A stretch of DNA of 32,000 nt, from the NCBI RefSeq assembly GCF_000011805.1, contig NC_006840.2; one strand, 5' to 3'. This document shows, piece by piece, positions 1 through 9,402 of this stretch. The position numbers were made by a program, and so were the translations under genes. This stretch comes from Aliivibrio fischeri ES114. GTDB taxonomy: Bacteria; Pseudomonadota; Gammaproteobacteria; Enterobacterales; Vibrionaceae. Under the pieces are notes generated by a model. That model ran no database searches and was not told the DNA's origin. It was given only the letters and a program-made list of their open reading frames with translations. Within the stretch, counting starts at the first letter, position 1. Every line of letters starts with the position of its first letter.

Positions 1-1
1 T

Positions 2-616
2 AAATCATACTTTGGCCGTGGAGCGAAGCAGTTAAGTTATAACTACAACTACGGACCGTTTTCTGATGCGATGTTTGGTACCGTTCGAACTTTGTTAGAT
101 AACCCTGAAATGGTGGCAGATACGTGGTTAAACCTGTCTTCAGCGGTCTTTTTCTTTGTTTATCCACAACCACCAAAGCCAAGCATGTTGCATGTTATTG
201 ATGGAACATGGCAACCAAACCAAGCAGATTTAAATAATGGCTTAGTTCCTGGGTTTGGTGTAACGACTCAGATCATTAATGGTGGTGTTGAGTGTGGTGG
301 CAGTATTGAAGTAGCACAATCGTTAAATCGTATTAAATATTACAAAGAAATGGCAAATTACCTAGGTGTGCCAATTGAAGATACCGAAATACTTGGTTGT
401 AAAGGCATGAAGCAGTTTGATGCTGCAGGCGCTGGAGCGGTTAATATTTACTGGGAGCAAGATTGGGGATGGTCAAGTGAAACGCCAGATGGTAAAGCTT
501 ACGCATGTCAATTAGTAGGTTATCAAACACCTCATTCGGCATTTAAGTTCCGCGATTATACTAAATGTGTAGAAGCGAACTTCCCGAATATTGAAGTAAT
601 TAATGATGTAGATTAA
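2..616 (+). CDS. GH19-family chitinase, C-terminal part (5' end lies outside the window)
   Basis: Frame is open from base 2 (KSYFGRGAKQLSYNYNYGPFSDAMFGTVRTLLDNPEMVADTW...), with GH19 motifs YFGRGAKQLSYNYNYG and NGLVPGFGVTTQIINGGVECGG; stop at 614-616. Confidence 0.9.
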   Translation, partial: KSYFGRGAKQLSYNYNYGPFSDAMFGTVRTLLDNPEMVADTWLNLSSAVFFFVYPQPPKPSMLHVIDGTWQPNQADLNNGLVPGFGVTTQIINGGVECGGSIEVAQSLNRIKYYKEMANYLGVPIEDTEILGCKGMKQFDAAGAGAVNIYWEQDWGWSSETPDGKAYACQLVGYQTPHSAFKFRDYTKCVEANFPNIEVINDVD

Positions 617-633
617 TTAGTTAAATAAAGATA

Positions 634-670
634 AACACCTTCCAGATGATTTTGGAAGGTGTTTTTTATT
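634..670 (+). terminator. Rho-independent terminator after the chitinase gene
   Basis: AACACCTTCC-agatgatttt-GGAAGGTGTT followed by TTTTATTTTT. Confidence 0.85.
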
Positions 671-781
671 TTTGCAATATAAATAACCATTTTTATATTG
701 TGGTTATTGAGAGAGTAGTCACTTAAATAAGATGGAGAGTTTGTAATATCGTTGTTTTATCAATCGTTTTGGATTAAAGCA

Positions 782-2011
782 ATGAATGTAGTAGAACGTT
801 TCTTAGGTTACACAAAGATTAATACGACAACAAACCAAGCTAATGGGGCAGCGGGCATTATGCCTTCAAGTGAAGGGCAATATGAATTGGCTTGTTTGGT
901 TAAAAAAGAATTAGAAGCGCTAGGTTGTACAGATATTCTTCTTCGTGATACCGCTATTCTTACGGCAACTCTGCCATCTAATACCGAAAAAAAATTACCA
1001 ACCGTTGCTTTCTTTGGGCACCTTGATACCAGCTCTGAACGTACAGAAGACACCCATGCCGTAGTGGTTCATTATAAAGGTGGCGATATTCCTCTCGCAA
1101 CAGGACCTGTTTTATCTTTAGCTGAATATCCAGAACTAACTAATTATATTGGTCAAGACATCATTGTAAGTGACGGTCAATCATTATTAGGCGCAGATGA
1201 TAAAGCAGCCATTGCCGCTATCTTAAATGCGTTACAGTTTTTTAAAGACAACCCAGATGTTGAACATGGAATGGTTAAGGTTGGTTTTGTTCCTGATGAA
1301 GAACAAGGTCTTTTAGGGGCGAATGCTTTTGATGTTGACGGTTTTGGCGCTGATTTTGCGTACACTTTGGATTGCTGTGGTATTGGTGAGTTTGTATGTG
1401 AAAACTGGAATGCAGGTAATGCGGTTGTTACGTTTACAGGGCAGTCTGCACACCCTATGAACTCTAAAGGTAATTTGATTAACTCTTTGCTACTGGCTAA
1501 TTCATTCATGTCCCGTTTTCCTGAGAAAGAAACTCCTGAGCATACAGAAGGAAGAGAAGGCTATTACTGGATGAAGAAGTTGGCGGGAAATTCTGCCAAA
1601 ACAGTGCTTAATATGGATATCAGAGATTTCACTGAATCAGGATATATGTATCGTAAAGCCTTTATTGCTGAACAAGTTCGAATGTTCAATGAAGAAAACA
1701 ATAACCGTGCAACTCTTGAATTAAGTGATCGTTACAGTAACGTTCATAACTTCTTAAAAGGCTCCATGCTGCCAGTTGATCTTGCAATGGAAGCATATAA
1801 GGAAAATGACATTGAACCTAAAGTTATACCGATGCGCGGCGGCTATGATGGTGCAGTTTTGTCTGAAAAAGGTTTGCCATGCCCTAACATTTTTACCGGC
1901 GCACATAACTTCCACTCTATATTTGAATACCTTCCTGTCCCATCTTTAATTGCTGCAAGTAATGTTGTGAAAACAATCATTATTAACTTAACGAAACATG
2001 AAGAGGTGTAG
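782..2011 (+). CDS. pepT: Peptidase T (tripeptide aminopeptidase, M20 family)
   Basis: MNVVERFLGYTKINTTTNQ N-terminus, FFGHLDTSSE, LGADDKAAIAAI, FVPDEEQGLLGA, NAGNAVVTFTGQSAHP, MRGGYDGAVLSEKGLPCPNIFTGAHNFHS. The ORF track starts at a TTG (752); homology to PepT N-termini favours ATG 782. Confidence 0.92.
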   Translation: MNVVERFLGYTKINTTTNQANGAAGIMPSSEGQYELACLVKKELEALGCTDILLRDTAILTATLPSNTEKKLPTVAFFGHLDTSSERTEDTHAVVVHYKGGDIPLATGPVLSLAEYPELTNYIGQDIIVSDGQSLLGADDKAAIAAILNALQFFKDNPDVEHGMVKVGFVPDEEQGLLGANAFDVDGFGADFAYTLDCCGIGEFVCENWNAGNAVVTFTGQSAHPMNSKGNLINSLLLANSFMSRFPEKETPEHTEGREGYYWMKKLAGNSAKTVLNMDIRDFTESGYMYRKAFIAEQVRMFNEENNNRATLELSDRYSNVHNFLKGSMLPVDLAMEAYKENDIEPKVIPMRGGYDGAVLSEKGLPCPNIFTGAHNFHSIFEYLPVPSLIAASNVVKTIIINLTKHEEV

Positions 2012-2013
2012 TC

Positions 2014-3381
2014 ATGGCTTCGTTATTACTTGTTCTTATCGTTGTTGTTATTGCGGCAAGGATGATTTTAAAGGGGTATAAAGCTGAACCTACTTTATTA
2101 ATGTCAGGGACGATATTGATTTTCGCAACTGGACTTTTTGGCTGGGGCCCAATGTTGCCAGCTTCGGTTACATCGACTAATTTTTCAGGATTTGAGCCCT
2201 TTAAATACATACAATTTTTAATGGGGTATCGAGCGGGAGCGCTGGGGTTAATGATTATGGCTTTGGTCGGTTTTGCTGATTATATGAGTCATATTGGAGC
2301 TAACGATGTTGTCGTTCGTTTAGCCACTAAGCCACTAAGTCGTATTCAAAATAAAAACATTATGTTGTTCTTTGCTTACTGTATGGCAAGTATCTTACAA
2401 CTGGCAATTCCTTCAGCTACCGGTCTTGGCGTGTTATTGATGGGAACACTTTATCCTGTGATGTTGGGATTGGGTATTTCTCGTGGTAGCGCCGCGGCGG
2501 TTATTGCTAGTTCATTAGCGGTAAGTTTTACGCCAACAGGGGTGGATGCAATACGTGCAAGTGAAGCTTTAGGTATGGACTTGATGAGTTATGTTTCTCA
2601 TTATCAAGCTCCAACATCGGTAGCAACTATGGTGGTTATCGGTATTATGCATGTTATTTGGCAGACACAGGTTGATAAAAAGCATCCTGAACAATTCGAA
2701 CAAGCATCAATTGAACAGACACAAAAAGAGGAAGTGTTAGCACCTAGTTATTATGTCATTTTACCTTTGCTTCCTATTATTATGGCTGTTGTGTTTTCTA
2801 AACTCGTCATTTCAACGATCAATATGGATGTGACGACGATTGTATTTGTTTCAATGTTTGTTGCTATGTTGTGTGAATGCATAACGAAAAGAAGTTTAAA
2901 AACGGTTTTTGATGGTTTCAATGTGTTCTCAAAAGGAATGGGGAGTGCATTTAGCAGTGTGGTTGTATTATTAGTTGCTGCTGGTGTTTTTGCTTATGGA
3001 ATTCAAGCGACAGGAGCGATTACCAACCTAATCATGATGGCTAAATCAGTGGGCTTACCAAGTGTAGCGATGACATTTGTTTTTGCTGTTGTGACGTTAA
3101 TGGCTGCGGTGATTATGGGGTCGGGGAATGCGCCATTCTTGGCGTTTGTTGAATTAATTCCTACTATAGCTTCCAGTATGGGAGCCAACGCAGCGGCAAT
3201 GCTAATGCCAATGCAACAAGCCTCAGCAATAGGTCGAGCAATGTCTCCTGTTTCTGCTGTTGTTATTGCTTCAGCAACGGGTGCCAAGTTAAGTCCATTT
3301 GAAGTTGCAAAGCGAACATCTGTTCCAGTCTTAGTAGGCTTTGTGTTTCATTTTGTTATTGTTTACGCTTTTTATAGCTAA
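2014..3381 (+). CDS. C4-dicarboxylate transporter, DcuC family
   Basis: Polytopic membrane protein (455 aa) with DcuC-like segments (GYRAGALGLMIMALVGFADYMSHIGANDVVVRLATKPL, FGTLYPVMLGLGISRG-like region, SFTPTGVDAI, MGSGNAPFLAFVELIP). Starts 2 nt after the pepT stop. Confidence 0.8.
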   Translation: MASLLLVLIVVVIAARMILKGYKAEPTLLMSGTILIFATGLFGWGPMLPASVTSTNFSGFEPFKYIQFLMGYRAGALGLMIMALVGFADYMSHIGANDVVVRLATKPLSRIQNKNIMLFFAYCMASILQLAIPSATGLGVLLMGTLYPVMLGLGISRGSAAAVIASSLAVSFTPTGVDAIRASEALGMDLMSYVSHYQAPTSVATMVVIGIMHVIWQTQVDKKHPEQFEQASIEQTQKEEVLAPSYYVILPLLPIIMAVVFSKLVISTINMDVTTIVFVSMFVAMLCECITKRSLKTVFDGFNVFSKGMGSAFSSVVVLLVAAGVFAYGIQATGAITNLIMMAKSVGLPSVAMTFVFAVVTLMAAVIMGSGNAPFLAFVELIPTIASSMGANAAAMLMPMQQASAIGRAMSPVSAVVIASATGAKLSPFEVAKRTSVPVLVGFVFHFVIVYAFYS

Positions 3382-3410
3382 ATAGTTAATCAAATAAATA
3401 CTATCATAAT

Positions 3411-3460
3411 AAAAAGCCACACTACCTAAAATTCCCAAAATAGGTATGTGTGGCTTTATT
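3411..3460. terminator. Bidirectional terminator between convergent dcuC-like and purA-like genes
   Basis: AAAGCCACACTACCTA ... TAGGTATGTGTGGCTTT, a long near-perfect hairpin flanked by A- and T-rich runs. Confidence 0.85.
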
Positions 3461-3471
3461 AGTTTATTAGA

Positions 3472-4728
3472 TTAACGGATGATCATTTGCTCACGCTCAG
3501 GACCAACAGATACCATGCTTACTGGTACTCCCATTAACTCTTCAATACGTAATACATAAGCTTGAGCCGCTTTTGGTAGGCTTTCAAAAGTACGACAACC
3601 TGTAATATCTTCTTCCCATGCTTCCATTTTTTCGTACACAGGACTTAATGCTGATGTTTGAGGCCAAATAGGGTTCTCTGTGTGCTCACCAGCATAAGAA
3701 GTACAGATTCTAAGATCTGCCATACCACTTAAACAGTCGATTTTTGTTAATGCGATTTCCGTTGCTGCTTGCAGTTCAACACCGTTGCGTGTTGCTACGG
3801 CATCAAAGTAACCCATGTCACGTGGACGACCTGTTACTGCACCATACTCGTTAGCTGCTTCACGGAAGTTATCTTGCTCTTCCATTGCAGTAACTAATGT
3901 ACCTGTACCAACCGAAGAACTGAATGATTTCGCCACAGCAATAACACGCTCAGGACGTAACGCAGGTAAGCCACTGCCGATACCAGCATAAGCCGCTGTA
4001 ACATTGGAAGACGTAGTCCATGGGTATTCACCGTAAACTAAATCACGGCCTGCACCTAGTTGTGCTTCAAACAATAAGTTTGCGTCGTTTTTCTGCATTA
4101 CTTTTAGTGGTTCAGTAACATTACAAATAAATTCACGCCAAGGAGCAGTTACTTCTAATAGCCATTCTGTCATTTCTTCAGCGGTTTGGCTGAAGTCACA
4201 AGTAGGATAAAGCGCTTTCAGTTGTGGCATTTTCCAATCAAGCATGAATTTAATACGCTCAAGAAGTACATCAGGTTGTTTTAGCCAACCAACAAGAATG
4301 CCTTTTTTCATAACACGGTCGCCGTATGCAGGAGCAATACCTTGACGAGTAGAACCGTAAGCACCATCACCTAAACGTAATTCCTCCAATGTATCTTCAA
4401 GTGCATGGATTGGAAGACAAAGTGTTGCACGATCAGAAATGTGCATTTTAACTTCGATGCCTGCGGCTTTTACTTCAGCAATTTCTTCACTTAATGCAGC
4501 AGGGCTAATAACCATGCCAGGGCCAAGAACCGCTGTACAGTTTGGGTTAAAAATACCGCTTGGAAGTTGGTGAAGCTTAAAGGTACCAAAGTCATTTACA
4601 ACAGTATGACCGGCGTTATTACCACCTTGAAAACGAATACTTGCAGCCGCTTCAGCAGCAAGAAAATCAACGATGCGACCTTTACCTTCATCGCCCCAAT
4701 TAGCACCAACAACAACAATAGACGGCAT
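3472..4728 (-). CDS. purA: Adenylosuccinate synthetase-like protein (divergent PurA paralog)
   Basis: MPSIVVVGANWGDEGKGRIVDFL, QGGNNAGHTVV, YPWTTSSN, GAVTGRPRDMGYFDAVATR, RIEELMGVPVSMVSVGPEREQMI; 418 aa. SD AAGGAG upstream on the minus strand. Confidence 0.88.
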   Translation of the reverse strand: MPSIVVVGANWGDEGKGRIVDFLAAEAAASIRFQGGNNAGHTVVNDFGTFKLHQLPSGIFNPNCTAVLGPGMVISPAALSEEIAEVKAAGIEVKMHISDRATLCLPIHALEDTLEELRLGDGAYGSTRQGIAPAYGDRVMKKGILVGWLKQPDVLLERIKFMLDWKMPQLKALYPTCDFSQTAEEMTEWLLEVTAPWREFICNVTEPLKVMQKNDANLLFEAQLGAGRDLVYGEYPWTTSSNVTAAYAGIGSGLPALRPERVIAVAKSFSSSVGTGTLVTAMEEQDNFREAANEYGAVTGRPRDMGYFDAVATRNGVELQAATEIALTKIDCLSGMADLRICTSYAGEHTENPIWPQTSALSPVYEKMEAWEEDITGCRTFESLPKAAQAYVLRIEELMGVPVSMVSVGPEREQMIIR

Positions 4729-4863
4729 AACACAAACTCCTTAATGATTAAGACACTATCCTAATATCAGATTTGCAATATGAGAAATTAATTATAATTA
4801 TCGACTTGATAAGAAATCCATATATCATATTGAGTGAAATATATTCAAAAAGAGAGTATGAGC

Positions 4864-5754
4864 ATGTTAGATCTTCACTGGCTGAAAACCTTCGTGACAT
4901 TGGCAGAGTTAAAGCATTTTGGTAAAACAGCAGCAGCATTACATATGACACAGCCCAATGTTAGTTTGCATATCAAACAGTTAGAAGCTGCAACCCGCGT
5001 GAAATTGATAGAGAGAAATCCTTTTCATTTAACGGAAGCGGGCAATCGCTTATTAATGACGAGCCAAAATACGTTAATGGAGTTGCAAGTATGCCAAGCG
5101 GATTTGAATGCGATTAATGATTTGAGTCGAGGAACGTTAACCATTGCAGCAAGCGATATTATCTCGCGTTTATTATTGATAGGGCCATTTCAATTATTTA
5201 AGCAAGAATTTCCAGGAATTGATTTCTCATTGCTTAATACCACCTCTTCACAGGCATCTGAGTTAGTAAAAAGTGCAGAGGCTGATTTGGGCTTTGTTAT
5301 TGCCCAGAAAGAGAGCCAACCTCTGCATTTTACCGAATTGCAGCAAATAAAATGGTGTGCATTAGGTAATCACCTTGAAGAGTGGCAACAAGCGTATTTG
5401 GATCCTACAATTGTTGTGGATGAAGAACCAACTTTGATTTTGTTAGGGCATGATACTAGAACAAGAGACTTGTTAGACTTGGCGTTACCTTCATTGAAAT
5501 TACCCAAATATCGAATCATGGAAGTGGGTAGTGTCGATGCCCAAATAGATTGGGCTGAAGCTGGGTTTGGGGTAGCGATTGTGCCTGAGTTTTCTATTCA
5601 TCCAAAGAGAGATCTTAAAACAAAAGTAACGCCATTACCTGAATTCCCGACAACAAGTTTAGGCTATATAGTTCGTCAAAATCAGATTTTATCTAAGGCA
5701 ATTAAACAATTATTAAAGTGGGTGGATGACGAGATTATTCGCTCTCAAAAGTAG
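4864..5754 (+). CDS. LysR-family transcriptional regulator
   Basis: N-terminal HTH MLDLHWLKTFVTLAELKHFGKTAAALHMTQPNVSLHIKQLEAATRVKLIERNPFHLTEAG; divergent from the purA-like gene. ORF track start is 4834. Confidence 0.9.
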   Translation: MLDLHWLKTFVTLAELKHFGKTAAALHMTQPNVSLHIKQLEAATRVKLIERNPFHLTEAGNRLLMTSQNTLMELQVCQADLNAINDLSRGTLTIAASDIISRLLLIGPFQLFKQEFPGIDFSLLNTTSSQASELVKSAEADLGFVIAQKESQPLHFTELQQIKWCALGNHLEEWQQAYLDPTIVVDEEPTLILLGHDTRTRDLLDLALPSLKLPKYRIMEVGSVDAQIDWAEAGFGVAIVPEFSIHPKRDLKTKVTPLPEFPTTSLGYIVRQNQILSKAIKQLLKWVDDEIIRSQK

Positions 5755-5819
5755 ACATTATTTATCGTTTTACATTGAATTTAAACTGTCTGGTTTGTCA
5801 GAAATGGTGTGGCATTTAT

Positions 5820-5838
5820 GATACTGATTATCATTTTA
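5820..5838. promoter_or_regulatory. Candidate Fur box upstream of gadB
   Basis: GATACTGATTATCATTTTA matches about 15 of 19 positions of the Fur consensus GATAATGATAATCATTATC. Confidence 0.35.
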
Positions 5839-5882
5839 AAGACAGTTATGCTCTAAAAAAGGCTGCGAAAGAACGTTGACAA

Positions 5883-5959
5883 TGCTCATTAAAGGGTCTA
5901 GAAATGTAACTAAATATTAATGAGTAACTAATTGACAGTATTGTAAATTGCTCATTAAT
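5883..5959. promoter_or_regulatory. Repeated TGCTCATTAA elements in the gadB promoter region
   Basis: TGCTCATTAA at 5883-5892 and again at 5949-5958; ATTAATGAG (5916-5924) is the exact inverse of CTCATTAAT (5951-5959). TTGACA hexamers at 5876-5881 and 5932-5937. Confidence 0.4.
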
Positions 5960-6029
5960 TAAGGCCGAATTTAGTTAATTCGACAGTTTGTATTCTTATT
6001 GTATGTTCAATTCAATGGAGCTAAAACGT

Positions 6030-7424
6030 ATGCCTCTTCATTCCAAAAACGCAGTCAGAGATGATCTTCTTGATGATATTTATTCATCAGCTGACCTTTC
6101 GTTATCCATGCCAAAATATAAAATGCCTGAACAAGAACATGACCCACGTCATGCCTACCAAGTCATTCATGATGAGCTCATGATGGATGGTAATTCTCGA
6201 CAGAACTTAGCAACGTTTTGCCAAACTTGGGTTGAAGATGAAGTCCATAAATTAATGGATGAATGTATCGATAAAAATATGATCGATAAAGATGAATACC
6301 CTCAAACTGCTGAATTAGAATCTCGCTGTGTGCATATGCTAGCGGATTTATGGAACTCTCCTGACGCAGAAAACACACTAGGTTGTTCCACTACAGGTTC
6401 AAGTGAAGCCGCTATGCTAGGTGGTATGGCATTAAAATGGGCTTGGCGAGAAAAAATGAAAAAACTTGGCAAACCAACAGATAAGCCAAATATGATCTGT
6501 GGTCCCGTTCAAGTATGTTGGCATAAATTTGCACGTTATTGGGATATTGAATTACGTGAGATCCCAATGGAAGGCGATCGCTTGATCATGACGCCTGAAG
6601 AAGTGATTAAACGTTGTGATGAAAATACCATTGGTGTTGTTCCAACACTGGGGGTGACTTTTACTTGTCAATATGAGCCTGTGAAAGCGGTACATGAAGC
6701 GCTAGATAAGTTACAAGAAGAGACGGGTTTAGATATTCCAATGCACATTGATGCGGCGAGTGGTGGTTTCTTAGCTCCGTTCTGTGATCCTGATTTAGAG
6801 TGGGACTTCCGTCTTCCTCGAGTTAAATCGATTAATGCATCAGGTCATAAATTTGGCCTAAGCCCACTAGGTGTGGGTTGGGTAATTTGGCGTGACGCAT
6901 CAGCCTTGCATGAAGATTTGATTTTTAATGTGAACTATTTAGGTGGCAATATGCCGACCTTTGCATTGAACTTCTCTCGCCCAGGTGGCCAAATTGTAGC
7001 GCAATACTACAATTTCCTACGTTTAGGAAAAGAAGGGTATCGTAAGATCCACCAAGCGTGTTATGACACTGCTGTTTATTTATCATCTGAAATTGAAAAA
7101 CTGGGTATGTTTGAAATTATCTATGATGGTAAAGGTGGTATTCCAGCAATGAGTTGGTCATTGAAGGAAGGAGTTGATCCTGGTTTTAATTTGTTTGACC
7201 TATCGGATCGAATTCGTTCTCGTGGTTGGCAAATTGCGGCTTATGCAATGCCACCAAAACGTGAAGATTTAGTCATCATGCGTATTTTAGTACGTCATGG
7301 ATTCAGTCGAGATCAAGCGGATTTATTGGTTGCGGACTTAAAACATTGCGTTGAGTTTTTTGCTAAGCATCCTATTTCCCATGGTAGTGATGAGTTGGAA
7401 TCATCAGGATTTAACCACGGCTAA
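6030..7424 (+). CDS. gadB: Glutamate decarboxylase (PLP-dependent)
   Basis: [101 protein letters not shown] track start 5988 is a TTG; GGAG at 6018-6021 fits an ATG at 6030. Confidence 0.95.
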   Translation: MPLHSKNAVRDDLLDDIYSSADLSLSMPKYKMPEQEHDPRHAYQVIHDELMMDGNSRQNLATFCQTWVEDEVHKLMDECIDKNMIDKDEYPQTAELESRCVHMLADLWNSPDAENTLGCSTTGSSEAAMLGGMALKWAWREKMKKLGKPTDKPNMICGPVQVCWHKFARYWDIELREIPMEGDRLIMTPEEVIKRCDENTIGVVPTLGVTFTCQYEPVKAVHEALDKLQEETGLDIPMHIDAASGGFLAPFCDPDLEWDFRLPRVKSINASGHKFGLSPLGVGWVIWRDASALHEDLIFNVNYLGGNMPTFALNFSRPGGQIVAQYYNFLRLGKEGYRKIHQACYDTAVYLSSEIEKLGMFEIIYDGKGGIPAMSWSLKEGVDPGFNLFDLSDRIRSRGWQIAAYAMPPKREDLVIMRILVRHGFSRDQADLLVADLKHCVEFFAKHPISHGSDELESSGFNHG

Positions 7425-7458
7425 TCCCTTTCGTCGTGATATAGACATTTTGCTTTTT

Positions 7459-7490
7459 AGATCCTCTATTGTTCTGTAGAGGATCTCTTC
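7459..7490 (+). terminator. Hairpin in the gadB-aspT intergenic region (partial terminator or processing site)
   Basis: AGATCCTCTA-ttgttctg-TAGAGGATCT followed by CTTCTTCC; only about 24 nt before the downstream ATG. Confidence 0.6.
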
Positions 7491-7514
7491 TTCCTAAAAA
7501 TATAGGAAATAATT

Positions 7515-9392
7515 ATGAATATCGGTCAAATAGGTCGTCCATTTACTTGGGTTCGCTCCAAAGGTTGGGTTCAGTTATTTACTTTACTATGTGTTACTTT
7601 CTTCAGTCATTTGGCTTTGGCTGAATCATTAGAAAATCAAGCAACTCAAGATGCATCTAGTGTCTTTGGTTTTCTCTTTTCTTATATTGCACAAAATCCG
7701 TTTGTGTTTCTTTTCTTAAGCATCGCCATTGGTTATCCATTAGGTAAAGTAACAATAAAAGGGGTTAATTTAGGCCCAACAGCAGGCACCTTAGTGGTTG
7801 GTGTGGCTATTGCTTTACCTGCTTTTTCTATTTATGGATTACATATTAATGCACCGGGATTAGTCTCGGACATATTCTTGATGATGTTTATGTATGCAAT
7901 TGGTATGAAAGTTGGGCCGCAATTTTTCTCTGGTTTAGCTCGAGGCGGTTTAGACTTTGTAGTTATTGGGTTAATTGTTGTTTTTAGTAACTTTCTTATC
8001 GTGTTCTTTGGTTCTAAATTATTGGATTTAGCACCGGGTTATGCGGCTGGGATAATTTCAGGAAGTTACACAGTAACTGCTGTTATGGGCGTTGCTCAAT
8101 CTGCGATTAATTCAGGAGCCGTTAAAGCTCCTGCAGGTATGACACTTGATCAGATCAGTGCCAATATCGCTGCGGGCTATGCTATCAGTTACATTTTATC
8201 AAGTGTATTCATCATCTTACTTATTAAGTATCTGCCTGCTATGTTTGGAATTGATCCAGTAAAAGCAGGTAAAGACGCCGAGGCTGAATTTGGTGCTGGC
8301 GGGGATACAGAGGCGTTACCAAGTACCAATGGTTTCTCGAATTTAGGTGTGCTTCCTTTGGATATTCGTGCCTATCGTGTTGATCACCAAGAGTTGGTTG
8401 GTCAAGATGTTGAATCATTATTTCATCGTTACCCTCATGCTGCGATTCTTAAAGTTGTGCGTGGTGAGGATGTTTATGAAGCATCAGATAATCCAATACT
8501 TCAACTTGGCGATATTATTGGTATTCGTGGTGATTACCATGTCTTGATTGAAGGAGGAGAATCATCTGTAGGTATTGAGGTAGATGAACCGAGAGCACGT
8601 AATGTTGATATTGAAGTTGCGGATATTCACCTAGGTAAATCGGAATATACAGGTAAAACGATAGAAGATATCAGTAAAGAAGTTGGCTTTGGTATTTATA
8701 TGAAAGCTTTGTTTAGACAAGGGCATCAACTTCCTATTTTACCTCAAACCATTGTCGAAGTAGGCGATGTGATACGTGTGGCAGGGTCTGATTGGTGCGT
8801 TAAGCAAGCCGGTAAGAAACTGAACAGTAATCCAATTGTAGAGAGCACGCTAACGGAGACTTTTTACTTGGCACTTTCTTTATTGATTGGTTACGTTTGT
8901 GGTCACTTTAGCGTTACGTTAGGGGGGATCCCATTTGCTTTAGGCACATCTGCTGGTTGTATGTTGACAGGGATAATATTCTCGTTTTTACGTACTCGTA
9001 ATCCTGCTTTTGGTGGACCTATGAGTGAAGGGGCTCGTAGCTTCTTACAAGATATTGGTTTGAGTCTATTTGTTGCGGTATTAGCAGCAACTGTGGGCCC
9101 TAAAATATTAGCGTCTTTCCAAGGCATTGTTGTGATTAAAATTGCAGTGTTAGGGTTGGTTGCTGCTTTACTTCCTCCATTATTGGCGTGGATTTATGGT
9201 TTATACGTCAGAAAAATGAACCCTGCAATTCTGGCTGGTGCTTGTGCTGGTGGACGTAATAGCACACCTGCAATGAAAGGTGCTCAAGATGAATGCCAAA
9301 GCGATATGCCTGCAGTAGGCTACCCTGTTCCTTATGCATTAACATCAATGATTGTTCTTGTATTAGGTTATTTGGCGATGGTGCTGTATTAA
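7515..9392 (+). CDS. AspT/YidE-YbjL-type (AAE family) amino-acid exchanger with TrkA_C domains
   Basis: Two membrane halves around central TrkA_C-like domains (LVGQDVESLFHRYPHAAILKVVRGEDV... LGDIIGIRGDYHVL; GKTIEDISKEVGFGIYMKALFRQGHQLPI); conserved GITSGS-like segment 'GYAAGIISGSYTVTAVMGVAQSAI' and 'GACAGGRNSTPAMKGAQDECQSDMPAVGYPVPYAL'. Confidence 0.85.
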   Translation: MNIGQIGRPFTWVRSKGWVQLFTLLCVTFFSHLALAESLENQATQDASSVFGFLFSYIAQNPFVFLFLSIAIGYPLGKVTIKGVNLGPTAGTLVVGVAIALPAFSIYGLHINAPGLVSDIFLMMFMYAIGMKVGPQFFSGLARGGLDFVVIGLIVVFSNFLIVFFGSKLLDLAPGYAAGIISGSYTVTAVMGVAQSAINSGAVKAPAGMTLDQISANIAAGYAISYILSSVFIILLIKYLPAMFGIDPVKAGKDAEAEFGAGGDTEALPSTNGFSNLGVLPLDIRAYRVDHQELVGQDVESLFHRYPHAAILKVVRGEDVYEASDNPILQLGDIIGIRGDYHVLIEGGESSVGIEVDEPRARNVDIEVADIHLGKSEYTGKTIEDISKEVGFGIYMKALFRQGHQLPILPQTIVEVGDVIRVAGSDWCVKQAGKKLNSNPIVESTLTETFYLALSLLIGYVCGHFSVTLGGIPFALGTSAGCMLTGIIFSFLRTRNPAFGGPMSEGARSFLQDIGLSLFVAVLAATVGPKILASFQGIVVIKIAVLGLVAALLPPLLAWIYGLYVRKMNPAILAGACAGGRNSTPAMKGAQDECQSDMPAVGYPVPYALTSMIVLVLGYLAMVLY

Positions 9393-9402
9393 TTTCGTTT
9401 AA

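Noticed and set aside
808-1509. Reverse-strand ORFs 808..1053 and 1177..1509 inside pepT
   Set aside because: Fully contained in a well-supported gene on the other strand, with no recognisable domain; shadow ORFs.
1983-2210. Reverse-strand ORF across the pepT/dcuC junction
   Set aside because: Overlaps both convincing genes and lacks family signal.
3003-3287. Reverse-strand ORF inside the DcuC-like gene
   Set aside because: Antisense shadow of hydrophobic membrane-protein codons; no independent evidence.
3472-4728. PurZ (2-aminoadenine/Z-genome) synthetase
   Set aside because: The catalytic Asp of WGDEGKG is retained, unlike PurZ, and no companion phage/Z-genome genes are present.
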